From positions 1-43,429 of IMG/VR virus record IMGVR_UViG_3300021340_000006: DNA of 43,429 nt; one strand, given 5' to 3'. Positions 1-10,120 of the stretch are shown here, in pieces; the stretch's first letter is position 1, and each line of letters starts with the position of its first letter. Under the pieces are notes generated by a model. That model ran no database searches and was not told the origin of the DNA. It saw nothing but the letters and a program-made list of their open reading frames with translations. The position numbers and the translations under genes are program-made. Source of the stretch: a virus (lineage: Duplodnaviria > Caudoviricetes).

Positions 1-195
1 ACCGGCTGCGGCGGAGGCGGAGGCGGAGGCGGAGGCGGCGCGCGCACCGGCAACGGCGGCGCGGGCGGCAACGGAGGCTTCCCCGGCGGCGGCGGCGCGG
101 GCGGTGGAGGCACCGCCGGGGCCGGAAAGACCGGGGGCACCGGCGGAACCGGCGCCGCGGGCACCGTTCTCCTCGTCTACAGGACAAGCACATGA
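1..195 (+). CDS. 3' end of Gly-rich minor tail protein (partial)
   Basis: Frame 1 reads ...GGGGGARTGNGGAGGNGGFPGGGGAGG...GAAGTVLLVYRTST*. TGA at 193-195 overlaps the ATG at 192. Typical Gly-rich C-terminus of actinophage minor tail proteins. Confidence 0.8.
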   Translation, partial: TGCGGGGGGGGGGARTGNGGAGGNGGFPGGGGAGGGGTAGAGKTGGTGGTGAAGTVLLVYRTST

Positions 196-467
196 AAGCC
201 AAAGCCGTAGAGATCACCGATGCCGACCTCGGCCACTGGGCTCCCGGGGTCAGGATGTTTCGCATCGGAAAACGGCACGTCGTCGTCGATGCCGACACCA
301 CTGAATACCCCACCGGGTCAGTGCGATTCATCCGACGGCCCACTGTGGCGTTCTTCTGCAAGGACGACGCGGTCGTCACCGACATGACCGCCGACCACAC
401 CTTCGCCCCCGGAACCACCGCCGAGGACGCACTTGCCGCACTCGGACACACCATCGGAGCATCGTGA
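192..467 (+). CDS. hypothetical protein, tail region
   Basis: 91 aa, coupled by ATGA and GTGA overlaps on both sides. Confidence 0.75.
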   Translation: MKAKAVEITDADLGHWAPGVRMFRIGKRHVVVDADTTEYPTGSVRFIRRPTVAFFCKDDAVVTDMTADHTFAPGTTAEDALAALGHTIGAS

Positions 468-667
468 GCGATTACCTCAAAGGCCACGTCAAGCGCGACC
501 CCGCCACGGCGGCGGTGGCCGTTCGCACGATCTTCCCCGACGACGACGGCCCCCTGGCCTCAATGACGTGGCTGATCGCCACCCCCAACGCCGGCGCCCG
601 CCAGGCCCGCACCGCCGAAGTGGACAGCTGGACCGACATCTACACCCCTACCGCAGAAGGATCCTGA
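464..667 (+). CDS. small tail-region protein (ends AEGS)
   Basis: 67 aa, GTGA overlap with the upstream gene, phage-like codon use. Confidence 0.75.
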   Translation: MSDYLKGHVKRDPATAAVAVRTIFPDDDGPLASMTWLIATPNAGARQARTAEVDSWTDIYTPTAEGS

Positions 668-672
668 CACCC

Positions 673-1020
673 ATGGTCAACGTCACCGCCACCAAGCAGA
701 CCATCTCCAACTACGCCGCGTCACTGGGGCATTGGGTCGGCCTGTGCACCTCCTCGCCGGGCGTCACCGCCACCCCCTACAGCGAATGCTCCGGCGGGTC
801 GCCGGCCTACACTCGCCAATCCACCACCTGGACCGCGGGCTCTGGCGGGGTGAACAACGGCTCGGCGGTGACCATCAACGTCCCCGCCGGCACCTACCCC
901 TACGCCATCCTGTGCTCGGCCAGCATCGGCAACTGGATGGTCGACTGGGCGCAGATCATCGCCCTGACGGTCACCACGCAGAGCCAATTGGTCGTCACCC
1001 CGACCTACACCGCCATCTAG
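673..1020 (+). CDS. minor tail / fibre-like protein
   Basis: Likely start ATG 673. GLCTSSPG...SECSGGSPAYTRQSTTW...VTINVPAGTY resembles small actinophage tail proteins. Paralogous to 30538-30924. Confidence 0.75.
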   Translation: MVNVTATKQTISNYAASLGHWVGLCTSSPGVTATPYSECSGGSPAYTRQSTTWTAGSGGVNNGSAVTINVPAGTYPYAILCSASIGNWMVDWAQIIALTVTTQSQLVVTPTYTAI

Positions 1021-1341
1021 GTGAGCGGCTCGGAGGTCCAGCTGCACCTGCAGGCGTGGCCCACCTACGTCGGCGTCACCGATGGCACCCACGAGCCCGC
1101 CGGGGACTACCGGCGCGGGGCGATTCAGTGGAGCGCACAGCCCGACGGGCAGATCCTGGGCTGCGCCCGCATCTGGGCACCCAAGGGCACCTGGACCCAC
1201 TACGTGTTCTACTCCGGCCCCCAGGACGACGCCACCGTGATGGGCATCGCCACCATGGAGCACCCGATCATCTTCGACCGCGCCGGGGTCATCGACGTCG
1301 ACCCGATCCACAACCATGACGTGCTGCCCCGGATCGCCTGA
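1021..1341 (+). CDS. hypothetical tail-region protein
   Basis: 106 aa directly after the upstream TAG. EPAGDYRRGAIQW...APKGTWTH suggests a distant relative of the preceding gene. Confidence 0.7.
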   Translation: MSGSEVQLHLQAWPTYVGVTDGTHEPAGDYRRGAIQWSAQPDGQILGCARIWAPKGTWTHYVFYSGPQDDATVMGIATMEHPIIFDRAGVIDVDPIHNHDVLPRIA

Positions 1342-1366
1342 AATCCACCCCATGGAAGGCATTGCT

Positions 1367-1807
1367 GTGAACGACTTCTTTCTGCTGCTCAAGACCGGAT
1401 TCGCCTCCGAGTACGCATTCCTGATCAAGGCCCAAAACTTCCACTGGAACGTCACCGGCCGCAACTTCAGCCAGGACCACGCACTGTTCGAGCGAATCTA
1501 TGAAGAGGTCGGCGACATCATCGACGACTTCGCCGAGAACCTGCGCAAGTCAGGCACATTCGCCCCGGCGACCTTGGCCCAACTCGGTGACCTCAGTGTC
1601 ATCGAGGATGCCCCCGAGACCCCGGTCAACGCCGACGACATGTACCGGGCTCTACTCGCCGATTCCGACACAATGGCCGAGCTGTTCGCCGCACTGTTCG
1701 ACCTCGCCGAAACCCACCACGAGCATGGTCTGTCCAACTTCATGGCCGACCGCCAGGACGCCCACCGCAAACACTCCTGGATGCTGCGCTCCGCGATCGG
1801 AGCCTGA
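1367..1807 (+). CDS. dps: Dps family ferritin-like DNA protection protein
   Basis: Signature KAQNFHWNVTGRNFSQDHALFERIYEE...IDDFAENLR and C-terminal HRKHSWML. GGAAGG RBS before GTG 1367 (alternative ATG 1352). Confidence 0.92.
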   Translation: MNDFFLLLKTGFASEYAFLIKAQNFHWNVTGRNFSQDHALFERIYEEVGDIIDDFAENLRKSGTFAPATLAQLGDLSVIEDAPETPVNADDMYRALLADSDTMAELFAALFDLAETHHEHGLSNFMADRQDAHRKHSWMLRSAIGA

Positions 1808-1810
1808 CGC

Positions 1811-4800
1811 ATGACCCTGAAATCCAACTGGAGCGCGGGGCAGACCTTCACCGCCACCGACGCCAACGCTGTTGCGGCGGCAGTCAACTCCGCCACCACC
1901 GCGATTGGCGCCATCGCGCTCAACCCGACGGTCGTCAAGACCGCCGGGTTCACCGCCTCAGCGTCGGACCTGGCGATCTGCGACGCCTCGAGCGGAGCGT
2001 TCACCGTCACCCTGCCGTCCGCGCCGGCCGACGGCACGCAGCTGTGCATCAAGAAGATCGACAGCACCACCAACATCGTCACCGTAACCCGTGGCGGCAC
2101 CGACGTTTTCAACAAGTCCGGCGGGTCAACCTCGCTGCAGCTGAAACTGTCCAACCAGGCATTCACCCTGCAGTACAAGTCGGGCATCTGGTACGTCATC
2201 TCCGATGATCAGTCGCTGACACAGCTGGACAGCCGCTTCCTGCAGACATCAACGGTCACCACAGTGGGAAGCGCACTGGTCACCGCGGCCACCCAGCGCG
2301 CCGCGAGAATGGCGCTCGGACCTGCGGTGTTCGATGCCCGCGACTTCGGCGTCATCGGTGATTCCGGCTCTACGGCTCATAACAATGTCGCGAACCTCCT
2401 CGACGCTGTTGACCAACTACGACTCGCTGGCGGCGGCGTGTTGCTACTTCCTGCTGGGGTGATCAACACCTCCGAGGCGTCACTGGGAACTGTCACCGCA
2501 GACAGCGGCCGTACTTACGTCAATAACGGCGCTATTCCTTTACCCGCCAACAGCATTCCCATGACAATAATCGGGCATGGATCGTCTACGACCATCCTGA
2601 AAGCCTCGCCAGGATTCCCACGGGCGTTTGACTGTTTCTGCAATGAGGATTCCACGACTGCGGCTAGTAAGACATGGAGAAAGATCACGATCCGAGGCGT
2701 GGGTGTTGACAGGAACAACATCACCGGAGCGACGATAGTTCCCCGCGTGGCCGTCACGGGGGCGACGACGACGACGATCACCGGGGCTTGGACGACCATC
2801 GCCGGTTTGAACGCCGCCGACTTCGTCAACGCAGAGCATGTCTATGCCGAGTTCGGAAACACCGGCACTACCAGGCAGGGCAACGCAGGAGTAAATGCCT
2901 ACTCTTGTCGCATCTACAACGGTGCCGTTCAGTTCTTGCGGATGGACGGTGGCACAAGTGCCCTTACCGTTTCCCCCGGGGACAGGTTCCGAGGCGCGAC
3001 GAACCATCACGCACTGCTCGGTATCCATAACCGCTACCGCTCAAACACTAGTGCGTCATCGCTGGGAGCTTCCAGCAACTTTCGCGGTGTGGTCATCGAC
3101 CAAATCACCGTCGAAGACTGCGAAGTTTTCAACCTCCCGGTCTCAACCGTCTCACCCGGTGATCCCATCTATGGCCCAGACGTCAGTTTCTACGGCATCG
3201 CCCTGAATGGAGACGAAAGCTCAAGCATCACCAACGTGCTTGTACGGCGTGTGCGCGTGAACGGCGGCAACGTCGGCGTCATGGCAACCGGCATCAACGG
3301 TGTGTCCCTTGACTTGGCCGGAAACCACTCCCTTGTTCCGTGGTACGACAACGTCAAAGTCGAACAATGCTGGCACGACACTAACTTCGACATGGCTGAC
3401 ACTTTGGCGGCGAACCTCCCCGATTGGGCCGCAGCAGATTCCATCACCTATGCCAACAAGGCAGCTTTTCCCGGCATCGGAGATGCCCGACGGTTCTATA
3501 TCGACTCCGCAACCGGCAAGGTATGGCGGTGGGTATCGAACGGACGTCCTGCGTTCTCGGTCTATCTAGGCTCACCCAGCGGTGGCTCATTCGTGCTGAG
3601 CTTCAAGGGTTCCACGACGACCGCACTCGCCTACAACGCCAGCGGTGCCACCGTGGCATCTGCGCTGAACGCCTTGGGTAAGGGCACATTTACCGTCAGT
3701 ACCGGAACGGGCGTGTATGGAATTACCGCGCCTTCTGACGACCTGCTCACCGGTACCGCCAGCCTTACCGGTGGCAGTTTCGGGATCGTCTGCTCCAGTT
3801 GGCGTAACGCCGCAATGCCTCTAGGCGGGGCAGGAGCTAACTATTTCATCGGCGGGCAGGGGCGGGTCGGATTCGCTTCCGTGACCAATAGCGTCGGCCG
3901 TCGCAGCGTTGATATTGCGCTGGAGTTTGATAACTGCTGGCACGCCGTCGAGCGTGACAACGTGTTTGAGGAATATTACGGAGTCGGTGTCGGCCCATCG
4001 AATTTCCTGATTCCCGCCAAAACCGCCGCAGGTCCGACCACCTCAACCCTGACCAGCGGGCCGACTACTGGCGTTGGACTGAGCGCCTCAGACACCTCTG
4101 CCGTCTTTTCCTTGGCCGGTGTGGAGGACACCTACGACCCAGTCACCAACCCCAACGGCTCGCAGATCGTGACCTTCGATCCGCCCGTGGCGCGAGCTGG
4201 TCTGTGCCGCATAGGTTCAGAGCTGATGTGGTACGAGGTGGCTGCCACTGCCGGGGACACCTTCAGGAAGAACCCGTCGAAAGTGACATTGTGGAGGGGC
4301 ATTAACGGGACCACTGCGGCCACCCATCCCGTAGCGGCGAAGGTGACGTTTCTTGAATACGACAACTGGTGGATCAGATCCAGTAACACGCGGATGACGT
4401 GTTCGGAGTCGTCAAAGAACCTGTCCAACGTGGCATTCAGCGGCGGTTCCAGCAATAACCTGCCGGCCCCGGCATGGAGTATCAGGGACGCCACGGTGAT
4501 CGTCCATCGCGGGACATACCGCACACTCACCGACTGGGCCACGTTCGTGGGTGGAGCCGGATGGCGTCACGACTTGGACATCCAAGGCTGCACTTTCATT
4601 CAGGCCGGACTTTCCACCCCGTTTTCCTTCAACGGAGCCGCCATATCATGCTCGGCTCCCACCACCACATCCCTCAAAGACGTGCCGTGCGCCGCCCCAC
4701 GGATCTACATGCGGAACAACCGTGTGATCGTCAATGGCGTGGTGGCCGGGACATGGAGTGGCCCTATCACTGGTGCCTACTATGCCGTGTTCCGCCCGTG

Positions 4801-5140
4801 GTCTGGCTACTACCGGCTAGACCTCGACGTTGAGGCCGACGTATCTATTCTGAATGCAGTCGAGGTCGACATGGTGCGGCTCAGCGCCAGCGGGTTGGTG
4901 ATCGCTTCAGGCTCACGACTACGGCTGGTGCCGTTGAATATCGGCGGTGCTGACACAACCCCGTCAGCACTGTACGTCGGTCCCGATAGTGCGGTGACCA
5001 TTCAGGATCTGCGAGTGGAAGTCTCAACCGCAGACCAAGCGGCGATGACCACTCCGTGGTCGATTGATTCGAGTCAGTTGTCCAAGATCATCATCAATTC
5101 CTCTGTCGATAATTCCGACGGCACCGTAACCACCTACTAG
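1811..5140 (+). CDS. large tail fibre/spike with beta-helix (pectate lyase-like, depolymerase-type) region
   Basis: 1109 aa. VFDARDFGVIGD...AVDQLRLAGGGVLLLPAG is the usual start of a tailspike beta-helix. Beta-rich repeats follow, and it lies in the tail module. Confidence 0.75.
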   Translation: MTLKSNWSAGQTFTATDANAVAAAVNSATTAIGAIALNPTVVKTAGFTASASDLAICDASSGAFTVTLPSAPADGTQLCIKKIDSTTNIVTVTRGGTDVFNKSGGSTSLQLKLSNQAFTLQYKSGIWYVISDDQSLTQLDSRFLQTSTVTTVGSALVTAATQRAARMALGPAVFDARDFGVIGDSGSTAHNNVANLLDAVDQLRLAGGGVLLLPAGVINTSEASLGTVTADSGRTYVNNGAIPLPANSIPMTIIGHGSSTTILKASPGFPRAFDCFCNEDSTTAASKTWRKITIRGVGVDRNNITGATIVPRVAVTGATTTTITGAWTTIAGLNAADFVNAEHVYAEFGNTGTTRQGNAGVNAYSCRIYNGAVQFLRMDGGTSALTVSPGDRFRGATNHHALLGIHNRYRSNTSASSLGASSNFRGVVIDQITVEDCEVFNLPVSTVSPGDPIYGPDVSFYGIALNGDESSSITNVLVRRVRVNGGNVGVMATGINGVSLDLAGNHSLVPWYDNVKVEQCWHDTNFDMADTLAANLPDWAAADSITYANKAAFPGIGDARRFYIDSATGKVWRWVSNGRPAFSVYLGSPSGGSFVLSFKGSTTTALAYNASGATVASALNALGKGTFTVSTGTGVYGITAPSDDLLTGTASLTGGSFGIVCSSWRNAAMPLGGAGANYFIGGQGRVGFASVTNSVGRRSVDIALEFDNCWHAVERDNVFEEYYGVGVGPSNFLIPAKTAAGPTTSTLTSGPTTGVGLSASDTSAVFSLAGVEDTYDPVTNPNGSQIVTFDPPVARAGLCRIGSELMWYEVAATAGDTFRKNPSKVTLWRGINGTTAATHPVAAKVTFLEYDNWWIRSSNTRMTCSESSKNLSNVAFSGGSSNNLPAPAWSIRDATVIVHRGTYRTLTDWATFVGGAGWRHDLDIQGCTFIQAGLSTPFSFNGAAISCSAPTTTSLKDVPCAAPRIYMRNNRVIVNGVVAGTWSGPITGAYYAVFRPWSGYYRLDLDVEADVSILNAVEVDMVRLSASGLVIASGSRLRLVPLNIGGADTTPSALYVGPDSAVTIQDLRVEVSTADQAAMTTPWSIDSSQLSKIIINSSVDNSDGTVTTY

Positions 5141-5160
5141 GTAGAGGACACCACTCACTC

Positions 5161-6021
5161 ATGGCAATTGTGCAATCCCCACTTATTGGTTTGACCAAGC
5201 TGACCAGCGGGACGGCGCCGGCTATCGGGAAGATCAACGTGTACGACGCCTCCAGTGGCGCTATCTCGGCGACACTTCCGGCGCTGTCAGGGCTTAATGT
5301 TGGTGCTCGCCTGCGCGTTTCCAAGTCCGATGGAGACAGTTCAACGAACTACGTCACGATTTCCTGCGCCGGATCGGACACATTCCAAAATCCATCTACC
5401 ACATCGCTGACACTGCTAAACCCCGGCGATAGCGCTGTCTTGCAGGTCATTTCGGTATCGAGTGTGAAGTATTGGTCATTTCTGACGTTCTCGCGCCGCG
5501 GTCGAAGTCTTATGAAAAACACCTGGCTGCCAGAGGATTACGGGCTACTTGCATGGTCAGCCGATCCTGCGCTCTGTTCTACTGCAGCGGTTATCAATAG
5601 CCCCGGCCTGCTAGCCCTAGTGAGTATCCGCATCACAGAGCCGATGACTATCACCAATGTGTGCGCGGCGATCAACACCGCTGGTAGCGGCCTGACCTCG
5701 GGGCAGAACTTCGCCGCCCTCTATCAGAACAACTCCCTGTTAGCGGCTACTGCTGACCAATCAACAGCCTGGGCGTCAACCGGCCTAAAAACTATGGCCT
5801 TAACCAGCCCGCAAGCGGTGACACCCGGAATGGTGCAGGTGGGCTTCTACCACAATGGCACCACCGGTCCCCAGTTTTTGCAACAGGCTGGCTACCTGTT
5901 TATGACGAGTTCCCTGGGAATACGTTCTGGCTCCGTCAGCGGCGGCTTCACGACTGCACCACCAGCCTCAGTGTCGACACAAGCCGTGTATTCGCGCACG
6001 TATTGGGCAGCAGTGTCGTGA
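5161..6021 (+). CDS. tail fibre-associated protein
   Basis: 286 aa. N-terminal DASSGAISATLP...STNYVTIS domain is paralogous to the N-terminus of 1811-5140. Confidence 0.7.
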   Translation: MAIVQSPLIGLTKLTSGTAPAIGKINVYDASSGAISATLPALSGLNVGARLRVSKSDGDSSTNYVTISCAGSDTFQNPSTTSLTLLNPGDSAVLQVISVSSVKYWSFLTFSRRGRSLMKNTWLPEDYGLLAWSADPALCSTAAVINSPGLLALVSIRITEPMTITNVCAAINTAGSGLTSGQNFAALYQNNSLLAATADQSTAWASTGLKTMALTSPQAVTPGMVQVGFYHNGTTGPQFLQQAGYLFMTSSLGIRSGSVSGGFTTAPPASVSTQAVYSRTYWAAVS

Positions 6022-6330
6022 CCGACTATCTGATCGACCCGCCTGTAGAGAAGCTGCTCCCGGTGACCCGCGGTGCTGACCGGGCGTTCAGTGTGCGCCG
6101 TGTCGACGCTTCAGGTGACCCGGTGAACTACGGCGCCGGGACAGTGTCGTTCTGGATCGACATCGACCCCGCCGATCCGACCGAAGTCGAGGCCACCATC
6201 TCGGGCGCGTCTGCATCCCTGCGCATCACGTCCACGGTATGCGACCTGGCCCGCTCGGGCACTAAGTGGCGGATCGTGTGGACTGACGGCACTGATGACA
6301 TCCCGATCGTGGTGGGACGGGTTAAGCGCC

Positions 6331-6341
<11 letters not shown>
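6018..6341 (+). CDS. small beta-sandwich tail adaptor-like protein
   Basis: GTGA overlap at 6018. [12 protein letters not shown]...[10 protein letters not shown] resembles actinophage fibre adaptor proteins. Confidence 0.6.
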
Positions 6342-7098
<757 letters not shown>

Positions 7099-7189
7099 TG
7101 CTCGCCGACGTTGCCGCCGCCATCGGCGTCTACTGCGCAGCTTTGGCCACACTCGCTTTTTGTGCTTGGTATCTATGGATGGAGAACAA

Positions 7190-7840
7190 GTGAAACTCGG
7201 CCGCCTCGTTGAGCACGACCCCAGATCAAGGCTCTATCAAGCCCCTCAAGCCACCACGCCCCGGTCGGTCCTATGGGGACACCACGCACCCGTGCTTGAC
7301 CAGGGCCAGATCGGTTCCTGCACGGGCAACGCCACCGCCCAGCTCATCAACACCGACGCGTTCGCGCACTGCCGTTCCCACTATCTGACCGAGGCCGACG
7401 CGGTCAAGATCTACAGCCTGGCAACGCATGTCGATGGACTTCCCGGCACCTACCCGCCGGACGACTCGGGCTCAAGCGGACTGGGCGCGGCAAAAGCCGG
7501 TGTCAAGCTGGGCTACTTCACTGGCTACAAACACACGTTCAGCTTCGACGCGTTCTGCGGCGCGCTACAAATACAACCACTCATCGTCGGCACCAACTGG
7601 TACGACGCGATGTTCAAGCCGGACAAGAAGGGCTACGTGCACCCGACCGGGTCGGTGGCCGGCGGCCATGAATATCTCGCGCTGGGCATCCAGTACGAAA
7701 CCAAGACGATCACCTTCCTCAACAGCTGGTCGGCATCCTGGGGGCAAAACGGCCGTTTCTACATGACCTTCACCGACTTCGCCGCGCTGCTCGCCGACCA
7801 AGGCGATGCCACGGCCCCGATTCCGAAAGTGATTGCATGA
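7190..7840 (+). CDS. papain-like (C1 family) cysteine peptidase
   Basis: VLDQGQIGSCTGNA (Gln/Cys), GGHEY (His), NSWSASWGQNGRF (Asn). GGAG RBS before GTG 7190. Confidence 0.88.
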   Translation: MKLGRLVEHDPRSRLYQAPQATTPRSVLWGHHAPVLDQGQIGSCTGNATAQLINTDAFAHCRSHYLTEADAVKIYSLATHVDGLPGTYPPDDSGSSGLGAAKAGVKLGYFTGYKHTFSFDAFCGALQIQPLIVGTNWYDAMFKPDKKGYVHPTGSVAGGHEYLALGIQYETKTITFLNSWSASWGQNGRFYMTFTDFAALLADQGDATAPIPKVIA

Positions 7841-8649
7841 CAGAGAAAGTGCTGGCGTATCCCCGCGGCCCCGTCGGGGATTACGACGGCGTGACGCAAG
7901 ACTACGGCTGGGACTGCGGGCCGGCGTCGTGCTCCATAATTTTGGCGGCGCTGGGGATCGACAAAACCGAAGACTGGCTCATCGGTCAGATCGGGACCAC
8001 TGTCGACGGCACCAATTCGGCGGAATGCTGCCTGCCCGTGCTCAACTCACTGACCCACGGTGCCTACCAAGCCGTGTGGCTGTCCCGGGAACCGCTGACG
8101 CAGGCGCAGATCGAAAAGCTATGGGCCGACCTGACGCTGAGCATCAACGTCAACGGCCGCGGCGTGCTGCTTAATTTCGAGGCACCCCCAGGGCGAGGCC
8201 CAAAGGGCACTCGGGGCTCGACGTCACCGCCCTACCCGACCCGGAGTACCACCTACCACTTCACCGCGGCGATGGGGACAGCCGACGACGGTCCCGGAGG
8301 TCGGCACGTCTGGGTCGCCGACCCTGCGGGGTTCGGCGGGATCACCGGCTACTGGATCTCACTGGAGCAGTGCGCGACCTTGATCGTGCCGCACGCGTAT
8401 GCCTACAGTTCCACCCCGGCACCGGCACCGGCACCGGCACCCAAGCCTGTCGTGGCGCCAACAGAACGCCTGGACCGAATGTGGATCGAGTGGAACGCCA
8501 TTGAATTCGGCGACCCCGACGCCGTTGCTGTGATCGTCGGCGCCGCGAAAGCGGGCGACCCTAGAGCCATGATGGCGCTGGCCAAACTTGAGCAGACCAA
8601 TCCGGCTGCCCTTCAACGTTTCATCAACCGAAAGGCCGTGGCAGCATGA
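7837..8649 (+). CDS. endolysin (Lysin A type) with C39-like peptidase domain, Pro-Ala linker and short C-terminal domain
   Basis: TQDYGWDCGPAS...YHFTAAMG...WVADPAGF. Immediately upstream of the holin. Confidence 0.8.
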   Translation: MTEKVLAYPRGPVGDYDGVTQDYGWDCGPASCSIILAALGIDKTEDWLIGQIGTTVDGTNSAECCLPVLNSLTHGAYQAVWLSREPLTQAQIEKLWADLTLSINVNGRGVLLNFEAPPGRGPKGTRGSTSPPYPTRSTTYHFTAAMGTADDGPGGRHVWVADPAGFGGITGYWISLEQCATLIVPHAYAYSSTPAPAPAPAPKPVVAPTERLDRMWIEWNAIEFGDPDAVAVIVGAAKAGDPRAMMALAKLEQTNPAALQRFINRKAVAA

Positions 8650-9023
8650 CACCGAAATTCAGGCAGATTCTCTATGTGATCGGCGTGATTGCATTCGCCG
8701 CACTGACGCTGCTGAGCACCGTTCACATCATCGACCCCAACACCGCGGCAAGTGTCTCTGCGGTACTGACGACCATCCTCGGCCTGTTCGGCGTCACCAT
8801 ATCCGGCGTGGCCGGCTACCACGTCACCCAGCAGGTCAACAAAGGCGCGTTCAGCCCGACGTCACCGGCCGACCAAGTCATCAACGGACTCGACGCCATC
8901 ACCGCCGCCGCCCAGCAGGCCCAGGCCGACGTCCAGCGCGTCAAGGACGCGGTGGGCAACGCGGTGAGCCAGGTCCCAGTGCTGGGGCCGCTCGCCCAGC
9001 AGGCGCTCAATAACCTGCCGTGA
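8646..9023 (+). CDS. holin
   Basis: Two N-terminal hydrophobic helices, FRQILY motif, and SPADQVINGL...VPVLGPLAQQAL tail typical of mycobacteriophage holins. Confidence 0.85.
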   Translation: MTPKFRQILYVIGVIAFAALTLLSTVHIIDPNTAASVSAVLTTILGLFGVTISGVAGYHVTQQVNKGAFSPTSPADQVINGLDAITAAAQQAQADVQRVKDAVGNAVSQVPVLGPLAQQALNNLP

Positions 9024-9376
9024 ACGAGTTCTACAACCCGGACTCGTGGATGGACGTCCTGGACCACATCTGGATTGGACTGGTGCTGATCAGCATCGCC
9101 GCCGTCCCGAGCTGGTTCGCCTACCGTAACCACGGCAAGATTCAGAAGGTGTCCGACCAAGTCACCGGAGTTGCCGCCCAGGTCGTCAACGGCCACAGCA
9201 CGCCAATGCGCGCCGACGTGGATGACATCCGCACGGTGGTCGACGAGATCCGCGTGGATATTCACCTGATCAAGTCCGACGTTTCCGACATCCGCTCGGA
9301 TCTGCGACAAGAACACAAAGACCGCATCGACCTCGACGACCGGTTCGAGGCATTCAAACGATTCAAGCGATGGTGA
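9020..9376 (+). CDS. lysis-cassette membrane protein with coiled coil (DUF2746-like)
   Basis: One TM helix, QVVNGHSTPMRADVD, heptad C-terminus. Confidence 0.75.
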   Translation: MNEFYNPDSWMDVLDHIWIGLVLISIAAVPSWFAYRNHGKIQKVSDQVTGVAAQVVNGHSTPMRADVDDIRTVVDEIRVDIHLIKSDVSDIRSDLRQEHKDRIDLDDRFEAFKRFKRW

Positions 9377-9377
9377 C

Positions 9378-9611
9378 ATGCGTCCCGCCGACCGGGCCTG
9401 GCTTATCCTGTTTTCCGCTGTCGTCGTCTACGAGGCCGCTGCGGCTGCCAGGTCCGACTGGGAGTTACTTAGTGAAGCGGCTGACCGACATCGCCAGCAG
9501 CGGCCGGTGCTGACTCACTTGACGGTGGGCTACATCGCCGGCCATCTCCTGCGGCGCTGGCCGCGCAAGCTGGACCCGCTACACAGGGTCGCCGAACGGC
9601 TGGGCCGATGA
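9378..9611 (+). CDS. small membrane protein
   Basis: ADRAWLILFSAVVVYE...ELLSEAADR...HLLRRWPRKLDP. Common after mycobacteriophage lysis genes. Confidence 0.75.
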   Translation: MRPADRAWLILFSAVVVYEAAAAARSDWELLSEAADRHRQQRPVLTHLTVGYIAGHLLRRWPRKLDPLHRVAERLGR

Positions 9612-9739
9612 CCGAGGGGCACCCGACTCATCTGCTGATGCAGGCCCGTCAGCCAACCGAAGGTCGCCCAGAGTTGGCACGGGTGCAGCACCTCATTGAG
9701 GCCGCCCTACTGATCGTGCGCAAAGTGCATCGTGGTTGA
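9608..9739 (+). CDS. small hypothetical protein (43 aa)
   Basis: ATGA overlap, read manually: MTEGHPTHLLMQARQ...RKVHRG*. Confidence 0.45.
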   Translation: MTEGHPTHLLMQARQPTEGRPELARVQHLIEAALLIVRKVHRG

Positions 9740-9821
9740 GGCGCTGCTCTGCTGGGCCGGGGTTGTCACCGGCGCTCTGGTCATGATCATCTACCGGCTG
9801 CTGCAGCACCCCTGGCGATGA
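9732..9821 (+). CDS. 29-aa membrane peptide
   Basis: MVEALLCWAGVVTGALVMIIYRLLQHPWR*, single TM helix. Stop overlaps ATG 9818. Confidence 0.5.
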   Translation: MVEALLCWAGVVTGALVMIIYRLLQHPWR

Positions 9822-10051
9822 CCGAGCCCGCTGCCCGAATCCGCGCCGCCGTTCAAGCGCTTCTGGATGCCGCCGGAGACGGCTACCAACTCGGTCCTCT
9901 GGTGATCTCGATGGGGTTGGAACGCGTCACCGACGACGGCATAGAGTCCACCCACTGGTATTGGACACCACCCGGACAGGCCACCTGGATCACCACCGGT
10001 CTGCTGATCGCGGCCGAGGACATGGCCCTCCAGGAGGCTGAGGATCTGTAG
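9818..10051 (+). CDS. hypothetical protein
   Basis: 77 aa, last gene before the terminator. Confidence 0.75.
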   Translation: MTEPAARIRAAVQALLDAAGDGYQLGPLVISMGLERVTDDGIESTHWYWTPPGQATWITTGLLIAAEDMALQEAEDL

Positions 10052-10068
10052 GTAAAACGACAACCGCT

Positions 10069-10109
10069 CCGCCCCGCCTCGCGCCGAACATGGTGCGGGG
10101 CGGTTTTTT
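10069..10109 (+). terminator. intrinsic terminator ending the late operon
   Basis: CCGCCCCGC...GCGGGGCGG stem followed by TTTTTT. Confidence 0.8.
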
Positions 10110-10120
10110 GCGTTTGCCGC

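Noticed and set aside
1-195. PE-PGRS-like Gly-rich host gene
   Set aside because: It ends in a GTVLLVY strand and is coupled to phage tail genes, which fits a minor tail protein better.
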